This document shows, piece by piece, positions 30,447-41,843 of a stretch of 64,000 nt of DNA (its first letter is position 1; the number at the start of each line of letters is the position of its first letter). A model generated the notes under the pieces. It ran no database searches. It was given only the letters and a program-made list of their open reading frames with translations, and had not been told where the DNA came from. Origin of the DNA: Planctomycetota bacterium. GTDB lineage: Bacteria > Planctomycetota > UBA1135 > UBA2386. A program made the translations under genes and the position numbers. Location: assembly GCA_965228735.1 (NCBI GenBank), contig OZ245838.1:928001-992000 (forward strand), written 5' to 3'.

Positions 30447-33400
30447 ATGCGTGATGCTTCCCGCCGCTGGTTGATGCGCCTGTGCTGGGCCGGCGCGCTC
30501 GTTTCGGGTGCGTTGCTCGTCGGTCTGCGTGTCGGGCGGCCGGTCTACTACACCGACGGCGGGCGCGAGATCGCCGCGACCGAGGTCGCCGGTGCGGGCA
30601 TGCTCGTCTGGCAGACGCCCGAGGCGACGGTGGAGCTGCCGGGTCCGGTCGAGGGCCGGGTGACCGAGCTGCCGGACGGCAGGTTGCTCTACGGCGTGCG
30701 GACGGCCGACGAGACGACGGACCTCGTCGTGTTCGACCCGGAACGGCCGGACGTGCCGCCCGAGCCCGCGTACGGCCTCAACACCCGCGACAACGAACTT
30801 GCGCCCGCGTGCGCGAGTGACGGCGCGATCTACTTCGCATCGGATCGCGACGGCGACGACGCGGTGGGTGGCTACGACATCTACCGGTCGACCTGGACCC
30901 CGCGCGGCTTCACGCGGCCCGCCGCGGTCGTGGTCTGCAACACGGCGCTCGACGAGACGGACCCGGCGCCGAGCCCGGACGGTGCCATGTTCGCGTTCGT
31001 GCGGATCGATCCGCGTGTCAAGAACGGCGATGACGGCACCCTGCTGCACTGCCGGCTCGGCAGCGGCGTCGAGCCCGAACGCGTTTTCCCCGATCTCGGC
31101 ACCTCGCGCCGGGTCGTCGACCGCGACCCCGCGTTCTCGCCCGACGGCGGCGCGCTGTGGTTCGTGCGGCGCGAAGTGGGCAGGCCGCTCGCGCTGATGC
31201 GCGTGAGCACGCTCGGAGATCGCTTCGATCAGCCGGTCGCGGTCGGTGAAGACTGGGCGATGGGTCACCTGCGCGGCCCGTTGCCCGGCAGCGACGGCAT
31301 GACGCTGGGCCTGCTGCAGGGCGCGTCGGACAGTGAAGGTCGGCACCTCTGGTTCGTCTCGGAGGCGCGCGAGATCTACCCGTGGTGGTCAGGACAGCGC
31401 TGGCTCGAGTACCTGCTGCTCGGCCTGTTCGCGACGTTCGTGCTGCTGCTCGTGCTGCTGCATCTCGGCCGCCGCTGGCGCACGCTCGACCTGCTGGCGC
31501 AGTGTCTGCTGCTCTCCCTGCTCGTCCACATCCTGCTGTTCCTGTGGCTCATGGGCGTCGAGATCACGGGCGCGTTGATGCGCGGGAACGAGGACGGCGG
31601 CAGCCTCGAGGTCACGATCTCGAGCGTGATGGACGCGAGCGACTCGGCAAGCCAGGGCTCGGGGCCGCGGTCGGAAGCGATCGCGGCGCTCGTGCGGTTC
31701 GACCCGACGGAACGCTCGTTCGACGTGAGCGCGCCGACCGCGGCCACCGAACGCGCGCCCTCGCCGCAGCCCGTCGAGGCGTCCGACTCGCAGTACGACG
31801 CGACGATCGCGGCCGAGGACGCCGCGGACCGGGCCGTCGACCAGACCGCGGTCACCGCGGCGATGGCCGATGAGCAGGAGATCGCGCCCACCCGCGACGG
31901 CGCCGACGCCGCGCTCGCGACGTCCGCCCAGGCGCTGCCGACGGTCGAGAGCAGCGAACGCGCCGCGACGGCGGCCACGGAGTCGAACCTCACGCCGAAT
32001 GCGGCGGGTCGGGTCGAGGTCGCGATGCCGGGCGGCGCGGTCGGTCGCGCCGCGACGCGGCCACAGGCGGCCGAGGGCAACGCCGGGCGGGTCATCGATC
32101 CCGCGGCCCGTGAGGTCGCGATGACCGCGGCCGAGGTCGCCGAGTCGTTGCCGGCAGGCGCAGAGGCGCGCCGGGCGGCCACGGACGATGCGCTCGCGAC
32201 GGAGAGCAACCCGTCGGCGGCCGCGACGACGACCCCGACTGCCGTTGCCGCGCGGGCGGCGACCGCCGCGGACCGGGTGGTCGGGACGTTGCCGGCGTCG
32301 CCGACGGCGTCACCGAGCGCGCCTGCCGGTCAGCTCGCCCGGGCGTCGCGCAATGGCGTCGACCTCGCGCCGCAGGCGTCGCGTTCGTCCCTCGAACCGG
32401 CTGCGAGCGCGCGCCGCGCGAATCCGGGAGCGGTCGCGATGGCGGACGAGCGGGCCGCGGTGGCGTTGCCGGCCTCGAACGCGGCGGACGCGGCGGAGCC
32501 CGCGATCGAACGCGTGGCGCGGGCGCTGACCGGGCCCGTGTCGCGCCCGCGGACACCATCGGCGAACGAGCGCGGCACCGTGCAGCCGCGGCGGTTCGAG
32601 GTCGCGGTGCAACGGCCAGCCTCGGCGCTCTCGCGTGCGAACCGGCGCGCGTCCGGGCCGAGCCCGAGCCGCCGACCGTCGATGCGGCCGCAGCTGCGAC
32701 CGGGGCGCGTGGCCGCCGCGCTGCCCGACCTGGCCGATGGCCGCCGCGACATCACGAACCCGAGCCGGCCGGACCGGGCGGGGGCCGCTGGCCAGGACGC
32801 GCCGCTGGCGCCGCCGAAGATCGCGCGCCTCAGCCTTGCGCCGCGGGCCGCGATGCTCGACGAGCCGCGCCGGTCGCCGTTCCTCGGCGCGTTCGGCAGC
32901 GCGATCCCGCCCGTAACCCTGCCGGGTTCGCTCGTCGAACGGGCAGAGCCGGAGTTCCGCGTCGACGTCGCAGTGGCCGCGCCCGTCGCGGAAGCGACGG
33001 CGTACAGCAACCGGTTCGGCCCAGCCAAGGCGGAGGCGCTCGAGCGCTTCGGCGGCACGGCGGAGACCGAACGCGCCGTGGCGGACGGTCTGCGCTACCT
33101 CGCCCGGATCCAGAACCGGAACGGCAGCTGGGGCGACAACCGCGGCTTCGACGACAAGTACGGACTCGTCTACGTCGGCAAGAGCGCCCTCTGTGTGCTG
33201 GCGTTCCTCGGCGCCGGTCATACCCCGGAATCGGACACCGAGCACAGCGCCGTGGTGGCGCGCGCGCTCGCGCACCTCCTCGCGATCCAGGACGAGGACA
33301 CCGGCGCGTTCGGGCCGAGCTCGTGCTACGGCCACGGCATCGCGACCTACGCGCTCGCCGAGTGCTACGGCATGACGAAGGACGAAGCGCTGCTGCGACC

Positions 33401-34106
33401 GCTCGAGGAGGCGTTGACCTGGATCATCGTCAACCAGGGGCCGCGCAACGATCGGCGCAATCGCGGCGGTTGGGGCTACTTCTCGCCGGGCCTGCGACGC
33501 GAGGACAGCTACGCCCGCGTGTCCGTCACGTCGTGGATGGTCATGGCGCTCGAGTCGGCGCGGATGTCCGGCGTCGAGCTGCCGGACGACGTGCTGCCGC
33601 AGGCGCGCGAGTACCTGCAGAACTCGTTCGACGCGCGCCGCAACTGGTTCCGCTACAACCACAAGCCGAGCCGCCTGCGCTCGGGCTGGCCGACGCTGCC
33701 GGCGAGCACGCCGGCCGGCGCGTTCTGTCTGCAACTGCTCGGCACCAAGGCCGAGGATCCGATGATCGCGGCCGCCCTCGAGTACACCGTCGACCGCCGG
33801 CCGCGCGAGTATCGCCGGTACCGCGACGACGACTTCGTGCTGCGCGGTCAGGGCAACGTCTACTTCTGGTACTACGGCACGCTGTGCTGCTTCCTCGCGG
33901 GCGGCGAAACCTGGGAGCGCTGGAACGCGCGGCTGTCGACCCTGCTGCCGGCGGCGCAGTCGGAGGACGGCTCGTTCGCGCCGATCGACGTCTACGCGCG
34001 CTACGCCGGGGACAACGACCGGGATCGCAGCTACACGACGGCGATGTGCGTGCTGAGTCTCGAGGTCTACTACCGCTACTTCACGCCGCTCTTGCTCGGC
34101 AGGTGA
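30447..34106 (+). CDS. Membrane fusion protein: TolB-like PD40 propeller + SxxxH TM helix + Ala/Pro-rich linker + prenyltransferase/squalene-oxidase-repeat barrel
   Basis: PD40-like IYFASDRDG..GGYDIY, DPAPSPDG, DPAFSPDG; TM helix LLLSLLVHILLFLWL; QW-like QNRNGSWG, QDEDTGAFG, QSEDGSF; C-terminal LSLEVYYRY. Confidence 0.8.
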   Translation: MRDASRRWLMRLCWAGALVSGALLVGLRVGRPVYYTDGGREIAATEVAGAGMLVWQTPEATVELPGPVEGRVTELPDGRLLYGVRTADETTDLVVFDPERPDVPPEPAYGLNTRDNELAPACASDGAIYFASDRDGDDAVGGYDIYRSTWTPRGFTRPAAVVVCNTALDETDPAPSPDGAMFAFVRIDPRVKNGDDGTLLHCRLGSGVEPERVFPDLGTSRRVVDRDPAFSPDGGALWFVRREVGRPLALMRVSTLGDRFDQPVAVGEDWAMGHLRGPLPGSDGMTLGLLQGASDSEGRHLWFVSEAREIYPWWSGQRWLEYLLLGLFATFVLLLVLLHLGRRWRTLDLLAQCLLLSLLVHILLFLWLMGVEITGALMRGNEDGGSLEVTISSVMDASDSASQGSGPRSEAIAALVRFDPTERSFDVSAPTAATERAPSPQPVEASDSQYDATIAAEDAADRAVDQTAVTAAMADEQEIAPTRDGADAALATSAQALPTVESSERAATAATESNLTPNAAGRVEVAMPGGAVGRAATRPQAAEGNAGRVIDPAAREVAMTAAEVAESLPAGAEARRAATDDALATESNPSAAATTTPTAVAARAATAADRVVGTLPASPTASPSAPAGQLARASRNGVDLAPQASRSSLEPAASARRANPGAVAMADERAAVALPASNAADAAEPAIERVARALTGPVSRPRTPSANERGTVQPRRFEVAVQRPASALSRANRRASGPSPSRRPSMRPQLRPGRVAAALPDLADGRRDITNPSRPDRAGAAGQDAPLAPPKIARLSLAPRAAMLDEPRRSPFLGAFGSAIPPVTLPGSLVERAEPEFRVDVAVAAPVAEATAYSNRFGPAKAEALERFGGTAETERAVADGLRYLARIQNRNGSWGDNRGFDDKYGLVYVGKSALCVLAFLGAGHTPESDTEHSAVVARALAHLLAIQDEDTGAFGPSSCYGHGIATYALAECYGMTKDEALLRPLEEALTWIIVNQGPRNDRRNRGGWGYFSPGLRREDSYARVSVTSWMVMALESARMSGVELPDDVLPQAREYLQNSFDARRNWFRYNHKPSRLRSGWPTLPASTPAGAFCLQLLGTKAEDPMIAAALEYTVDRRPREYRRYRDDDFVLRGQGNVYFWYYGTLCCFLAGGETWERWNARLSTLLPAAQSEDGSFAPIDVYARYAGDNDRDRSYTTAMCVLSLEVYYRYFTPLLLGR

Positions 34107-34131
34107 GGCGGGCGGTAGCGTCAGTCGCCTG

Positions 34132-34776
34132 ATGGCCGACGCCGACACCAAGACCCCGATCAAGCCGCCACCGTCGCTCGGTGCGCGGGTGTTCCGGACC
34201 ACCGTTCTCGCGATGGCGGCGACCATCCTCGTGTTCCTCGGGGTCGGCATGTTGCTCGACGAACGCTGGGACGTCACGAGCGAGCGGGTCGTCCCGGCCA
34301 CGCCCGCCGCGGTGCGACCGTTCATCGTCGACTTCCGGACGTGGGATCGATGGGCTGGCATGACCGTCGAACTCGGCGCCGGCGTCGAGCGTGAGGTCGA
34401 TGGCGAGCCGGGCACGGTCGGGCACAGCGTCGAATGGCGCGGGGCGCAGGGGACCGCGGTGGTGCGGATCGCGAAGTTGGCCGAGGGGCGGCTGGACTAC
34501 GAGTACCTGACGAAGCGGGCCGGCGAGGGCGATCTCAAAGCCGTCGCGACCGGCTGGATCGAGTGGGCGGCCGAGGGCGACGGCACGCGCGTGAAGTGGT
34601 ACGACGGCGGCGCCTGGCCGACGCTCGTGCATCGCTGGATCGGCTGGTTCGGCGTGCTGCAGGAGAGCGTGCGCCGGATGCAGGACGTGAGCCTCGAAGG
34701 GCTCGCTCGCGAGGCGGCCCTAGAAGAAGACCCGGCCGAGAATCCCGGGAAGGCCGCGGACCCGGGCAAAGACTAG
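34132..34776 (+). CDS. Membrane-anchored SRPBCC (START-like/polyketide cyclase) protein
   Basis: N-terminal TM, VTSERVVPATPAAV...DFRTWDRW, GTRVKW, C-terminal helix. Confidence 0.75.
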   Translation: MADADTKTPIKPPPSLGARVFRTTVLAMAATILVFLGVGMLLDERWDVTSERVVPATPAAVRPFIVDFRTWDRWAGMTVELGAGVEREVDGEPGTVGHSVEWRGAQGTAVVRIAKLAEGRLDYEYLTKRAGEGDLKAVATGWIEWAAEGDGTRVKWYDGGAWPTLVHRWIGWFGVLQESVRRMQDVSLEGLAREAALEEDPAENPGKAADPGKD

Positions 34777-34793
34777 CCCGGACGAACGAACGG

Positions 34794-35342
34794 TCAGCGC
34801 ACCGTCGCGGTGACCGTCACGGGGTTCGGATCCGTGTCGGCGGCGGCGCCGTCGCTGAGCGCGAGAACGGCGTCACGCAGCAGGATCACGTGATCGCCGA
34901 TCTGCCGCGGCGTCGTCGCGACGAGCCGCAGGCGGAAGAGCTCGCCGTTCTGCAGCGGCGTGCCCTGCGGGTTGCGATCGTCACCGCACACGACGCGATA
35001 GACGTTGCCCTTGCGGTTGCCGTCGAGGCGCTCGACGGGCTGGACTGCGACGAGCGGGTCGGTCGCCGCGACGGTCAACGCCGGCGGCAGCTCGATCGTG
35101 ATCTGCACGAGCACGGGGGCGGTGGCCGGCAGATCGGCCAGACTCACGCTGAGTTCGCCCGTGGTCGCGGTCGGCGCGAGCACGGGCCCGGTGGCCGCGA
35201 GTCGGGCAGGGCTGCCGGCCGCGGGACCGCTGCCACCGCCACCGCCGCCGCATGACGACGTCAGCAACAGCAGGCCGGCCGCCAGCGCAGTAGCCCCGGT
35301 CGCCAGCGCGGCAGTTCGGTTCGGGCGGCGGGAGCTGCGCAT
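34794..35342 (-). CDS. Lipoprotein with cohesin-like beta-sandwich
   Basis: LTSSC-GGGGGG lipobox and linker; VQITIELP...GELFRLRL. Confidence 0.6.
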   Translation of the reverse strand: MRSSRRPNRTAALATGATALAAGLLLLTSSCGGGGGGSGPAAGSPARLAATGPVLAPTATTGELSVSLADLPATAPVLVQITIELPPALTVAATDPLVAVQPVERLDGNRKGNVYRVVCGDDRNPQGTPLQNGELFRLRLVATTPRQIGDHVILLRDAVLALSDGAAADTDPNPVTVTATVR

Positions 35343-35415
35343 GACGTCACTCTAACCCGCGGATTCCAGGGGGGAAGGGCTCGCGCATTGCGCCGCGACC
35401 GCCGAGGATGCGAGC

Positions 35416-37602
<2,187 letters not shown>

Positions 37603-37976
37603 ACACGTCCTCGTCCTCGTCCGTGCGCAGGTAGTTGGCGAAGCGTTCGAGGAACCAGTCGAGTTCGTCGGCCACGCCGGTCTGCAGATCGGCGCGATGC
37701 CGGGCCTGCCCGACCGCCTGCGCGAGGCCGGCGAACGCGGGCGTCGCGAGCAGGAACGCCGGGAAGTCCGGGTCGGGCTTCCGGCCCTCGGCGAGGATCC
37801 CGAGTCGGATCAGCCAGGAGTCCTGCTCGGCCGCGAGGCGGTCGGCGAAGGCGCGTCGTTCGTCAAGGGACAGAGCGCGTGGATCGGCGAGAAAGTCGTA
37901 GGTGTCCAAAGTGTTCGGTTTTGCTTCGGTCCGTTGCTGATCGGTCGTTGGCACGGGATCCTTGAGAGGTCTTTTC

Positions 37977-38798
37977 ATGGTTGAGATCCGGCGGATCGAG
38001 CGCGCGACGGAAGCGGCCCTGCGACTGGCGGAACAGGGCGGGGTGCACGGCATGTACGTGCGCAATGCCCTGCTCCGCGGCGAGGTCAACGGCTTCGTGT
38101 TCGGTGCTGACGGGGCGGACGCCGGCGTCTGCTGGTTCGGGCCGCGCGGCAACCTCGTGGTCGTGGCGCCGGACTGGCGCGGGGACGCCGCGACCACCGA
38201 CGAGGCCGGGCAGGCCGTCGCCGAGCGGATCCAGCGCAGCCGGCTGTCATGGCGGATCGCGATGGGGCCGCGCGGGATCATCGACGGGCTGCGGACCCGC
38301 TGCACCGGGCGGCCACTCGTGCACCGCAACCAGGTCTACTACTTCGGGGATGCCGAGTCGGTGAACCGCGAGCTCGTGCGTGATGACATGCGCGCCGCGA
38401 CGGCCGAGGACCGCGATCGCATCGTCCAGGCGACGCTGCAGCTCAACCACGTCGACCTCGCGATCGAGCCCGGCCGCGTCGATCGCCGGTGGCTCTACAG
38501 CACGGTCGACGAGCGGATCGCGGAGGGCACGACTCGCGTCCTCGGACCGGCGGGCGACGTGCACTGCAAACTCGACTTCGGGAGCATCGGGTCGGCCGGT
38601 GTCGTGATCGAGGGCGTGTTCACGTTCGCCGAGCATCGCCGGGCCGGCCTCGCCTCGGCGCTCGTGGCGTCGTGCATCGCGCAGTTGCAGCTGCCCGTCG
38701 GCCTGCACGTCGGCGAGCAGAACACCAGCGCGCGAAGGGCCTACGAACGCGCCGGCATGCGGGAAGTCGACCGCTGCCGTCTGCTGCTGCTCGGATGA
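37977..38798 (+). CDS. GNAT acetyltransferase (DUF4081-associated type)
   Basis: GVCWFGPRGNLV; IEGVFTFAEHRRAGLA; LHVGEQNTSARRAYERAG. Confidence 0.82.
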   Translation: MVEIRRIERATEAALRLAEQGGVHGMYVRNALLRGEVNGFVFGADGADAGVCWFGPRGNLVVVAPDWRGDAATTDEAGQAVAERIQRSRLSWRIAMGPRGIIDGLRTRCTGRPLVHRNQVYYFGDAESVNRELVRDDMRAATAEDRDRIVQATLQLNHVDLAIEPGRVDRRWLYSTVDERIAEGTTRVLGPAGDVHCKLDFGSIGSAGVVIEGVFTFAEHRRAGLASALVASCIAQLQLPVGLHVGEQNTSARRAYERAGMREVDRCRLLLLG

Positions 38799-38813
38799 CG
38801 GGCGGCAGCTCGC

Positions 38814-40610
38814 CTACTGCAGCCGATACGCGTACGCGAGTTCGGGGCCGAGCAATGGGTGCGAGGGCCGGCGGCGCAGCGCGATCGTCGTGAGTTCGCG
38901 CCGCAGTGCGGTGCGCAGCGCGCGTCCGTCATCGCCGCGCCCCATCTGAATCAAGCTCTTCGCGAGCAGGGCCTTCGTCAGCGCGCTGTCCGAGGCGCGC
39001 GCGGCGCGGGCGAGGGCCGCGTGCATGTCGGCGAGCTCACCGCGGACCTCGTGGCCGAACGCCCGCAGGCGCAGGGCGAACGCGCTGTCGCCGCCCTGGC
39101 TCAGGCGCTCCTCGATCTTACGTGCACGCTGGCGAGTGGTCGTCACCGTGACGAGACCGCTGAGGTAGGCGCAGCTGTCGGCGACGGCGCTCCCGGGCAG
39201 CTGACTCTGGATCGCCGCGACGATCGCGGGCAGCCGCTCACCATGGCCGAGTCGCACGAGCACTTCGCCCTGCTCGGCGAGTTCGCCAGGCCGTCGGTCG
39301 AGCAGGGTCGGGTTCGCGAGCAGCCAGTTCAGCGAGTCGGCGATGGCCGTCGCGGCCGCGACCTCGTCGCCGCGCAGCAACGCGTGGGCGGCCTGGATGC
39401 GGCGCAGCTCGTGCACGGGCTCGGGGCCGAGACTCGCCGCGTCGCGCAGGTAACGGTCGAGCAGGCGGGTCAGTCCGTCGTGATCGCCGCAGTCGAACAG
39501 CGCGAGCGCGCGCGGGATCGCGACCCAACCCATGGGCAGCCGCAGTCCCGCGTCCTCGAAGCGTGCCGCCGCGGTCTCGGGATCGCCGGTCGCGAGATGG
39601 GCCCAGCCCGCGTGATACGAGACGACGGCATAGCGTGGCAGGCGCAGCCGCAGTTCTTCGAGCAGCGGCAGCGCCGTCGCGAACTCGCCGAGGAAGTTGC
39701 GCGCGATGGCGACCGTGAACCGGCCTTGCGGATCGTGCGGCCGCTCGCGTTGCATCGCCTGGCCGAGGGCGAGGAGTTCGCGGTCGCGTTCGGGTGCATT
39801 GGTGGGGACGAGCGACGCGCGCGCGAGCAGGAGCGTGCGCGCGAGCTCGTGCCGCGTGTGCGGGCCGAGCCGTCCGCTGTAGCCGAGGGCTTCGCGGCAC
39901 AAGCGTTCCGCCGACCGGGGATCGCCGCGGACCAGCTCGATGGTCGCGAGTCCCGCGAGGACCCAAGGGCTGCCACCGTCCGCGCGCCGCGCGGCGAGGA
40001 ACGCCCGCCGCCCGCTGCTGACGCCGCCATCGCGCAGCAGGGCTTCGCCATCGACGGCGGCCAGGATCGCGCTGCCGCTCGTCGTGACGCAGCGGGCGAC
40101 GGGCACGGGAGGCGTCGCGTCGGCCTCGCCGATCGCGATGCGCGCCGCCCACGCGAGTCGGTCGATCGCGCCCGCGAGATCACCGTTTTGGTAGGCCTCG
40201 CCGGCGAGCGCACGTTCGCGGCCGTTCATCCGGCAGAACGCGGCGAGTCGGCGCCCTTCGACGTCGACGCCGAGGACCAGCGTCGCGGTCGCCTCCGGGC
40301 CGGCCTCGTCCCCGACGTCGAAGCGCACCGACTGACGCAGGGCCTCGCGCCACCAGACGGCCGCGACGCGGAACTCCGGCTTGTCCGGCAACGCCGAACT
40401 CATGGCGGTTCGAATGCGCGCGCCCGCGGGCAGCTGCAGGACGGCCGGCACGGCGGGGCGCGCCGTGGTGACGCGCGCCAGGGGTTCGGAGCCAGGTTCG
40501 GGGGCCGCGGCGCACGCGCTGACCGACAGCAGCGCCAGCAGCGACACCCCGACGCGGGTCCCGATGCGGCGCGTCGCGGCGAACGGGGCGGAGCGGGCAG
40601 GTCGTCGCAC
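38814..40610 (-). CDS. TPR-containing putative lipoprotein
   Basis: LLSVSAC lipobox-like sequence and TPR-like helices; start approximate. Confidence 0.6.
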   Translation of the reverse strand: MRRPARSAPFAATRRIGTRVGVSLLALLSVSACAAAPEPGSEPLARVTTARPAVPAVLQLPAGARIRTAMSSALPDKPEFRVAAVWWREALRQSVRFDVGDEAGPEATATLVLGVDVEGRRLAAFCRMNGRERALAGEAYQNGDLAGAIDRLAWAARIAIGEADATPPVPVARCVTTSGSAILAAVDGEALLRDGGVSSGRRAFLAARRADGGSPWVLAGLATIELVRGDPRSAERLCREALGYSGRLGPHTRHELARTLLLARASLVPTNAPERDRELLALGQAMQRERPHDPQGRFTVAIARNFLGEFATALPLLEELRLRLPRYAVVSYHAGWAHLATGDPETAAARFEDAGLRLPMGWVAIPRALALFDCGDHDGLTRLLDRYLRDAASLGPEPVHELRRIQAAHALLRGDEVAAATAIADSLNWLLANPTLLDRRPGELAEQGEVLVRLGHGERLPAIVAAIQSQLPGSAVADSCAYLSGLVTVTTTRQRARKIEERLSQGGDSAFALRLRAFGHEVRGELADMHAALARAARASDSALTKALLAKSLIQMGRGDDGRALRTALRRELTTIALRRRPSHPLLGPELAYAYRLQ

Positions 40611-40680
40611 GTGGGCAGCATGCAGCGCGACCGAGGCCGGCTCAACCGGGCGGGCCAGGAATGCCGATGGCAAGGGCATC

Positions 40681-41838
40681 ATGTGGACTCTGGTGATCGC
40701 GGCGAGCATCGGTGTGGCAGGGGTGCAGGATCCGAGTGGGCGGCCGGCGGGCGCGGCGACGCCACCACCTGCCGTCCAGCAGCCCGCGGGCCAGGCCGGC
40801 GGGCAGGGGGCGGGCACGCCGTCCGGTTCGAAGCCAGCCGAGGGGCCGGGTTCGGGAGTCAAGTTCGAGTCGTCGGGTTGGCCGGTCGTTCCGGACGAAC
40901 CGGCCGCGCGCTCGATCGTGCCGATGCCGTCCGGGAGTTCGCTGCGGGACCACGCCGCGGCCCGGCGCGGTCGGCAGCCCCGGGCCGAGGCGCAGCGCGG
41001 AACGAAGGCCGGAGTTGCAGAACCGGTCGGGCAAAGCGGCGGCGGACAGTCCACGAGCGTGTCCGGCGCGTTCGGCCGCAGCGGCAGCGGCAGCGCGCGT
41101 TCGGCGGAACCGGCCGTGCGCACCCTGCCCTCCGGCATGGCGCTCGGCTCGCCGCTGCTCGACATCTATCAGTTCACGCGCTCGCCGGCCGCCTTCAAGG
41201 CGCTCGGCGGCCGCCAGGTCTGGTGGCGCATCAAGGTCCTCGGTGCCGGCGGCGAGGTTCTCGGCATCCGCGAGATGACCCAGATCGCCGACTGCGGTTA
41301 TCCCGAACGCGACCAGGTGCGCTACGAACACGACGGTCGGGTGTTCGGGCGCAGCGGCGCGAACGTGTTCGCGGAACGGCAGGGCTTCCCGTGGCCCAGC
41401 GACGCCGATCGCGGGCGCGATGAACTCGCGTTGTTCGGCACGCACCTGCGGCTGCCGTGGTGCTTCGCGGACGGCATCTCGTACGTGGTCGTGGACTCGG
41501 GCACGGTCGATCGCCCCGGCGAGCGACTGCGCCGGGTCGTGCTCGAGCGCCAGCCGCTCGGCGAGAGCGCCCTCGTGGGGCCCGTCGAGCACACCGGGCC
41601 GCGCGACCAGTTCGAGATCATCTACGAGTCGGGCACCGGCAAGCCGCGCGAGTTCGCCCACCGGTTCGCGTCGAGCAACCTGGCCCGGCGCGTCCTCCTC
41701 GAGGACTGGCGTGAGGTGCAGGGCGTGCGGATCCCGCACCGTCGCATCTACGTCGACGAGTCGCAGCGCCAGACGACGGTGCTCGAGATCCTCAACATCG
41801 TGGCCGAGCCGGTCACGCTGACGCAGTTCCGTCGGTAG
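40681..41838 (+). CDS. Secreted protein with long disordered N-terminus and possible LolA-like C-terminal fold
   Basis: MWTLVIAASIGVAGVQ signal; Gly/Pro/Ser-rich linker; EDWREVQGVRIPHRR typical of LolA-like sorting-protein families. Confidence 0.55.
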   Translation: MWTLVIAASIGVAGVQDPSGRPAGAATPPPAVQQPAGQAGGQGAGTPSGSKPAEGPGSGVKFESSGWPVVPDEPAARSIVPMPSGSSLRDHAAARRGRQPRAEAQRGTKAGVAEPVGQSGGGQSTSVSGAFGRSGSGSARSAEPAVRTLPSGMALGSPLLDIYQFTRSPAAFKALGGRQVWWRIKVLGAGGEVLGIREMTQIADCGYPERDQVRYEHDGRVFGRSGANVFAERQGFPWPSDADRGRDELALFGTHLRLPWCFADGISYVVVDSGTVDRPGERLRRVVLERQPLGESALVGPVEHTGPRDQFEIIYESGTGKPREFAHRFASSNLARRVLLEDWREVQGVRIPHRRIYVDESQRQTTVLEILNIVAEPVTLTQFRR

Positions 41839-41843
41839 CGCGG

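Noticed and set aside
33000..34106. Calling the barrel a squalene-hopene cyclase or the locus a terpene biosynthetic cluster
   Set aside because: Only one barrel, no DxDD motif seen, and no isoprenoid genes nearby.
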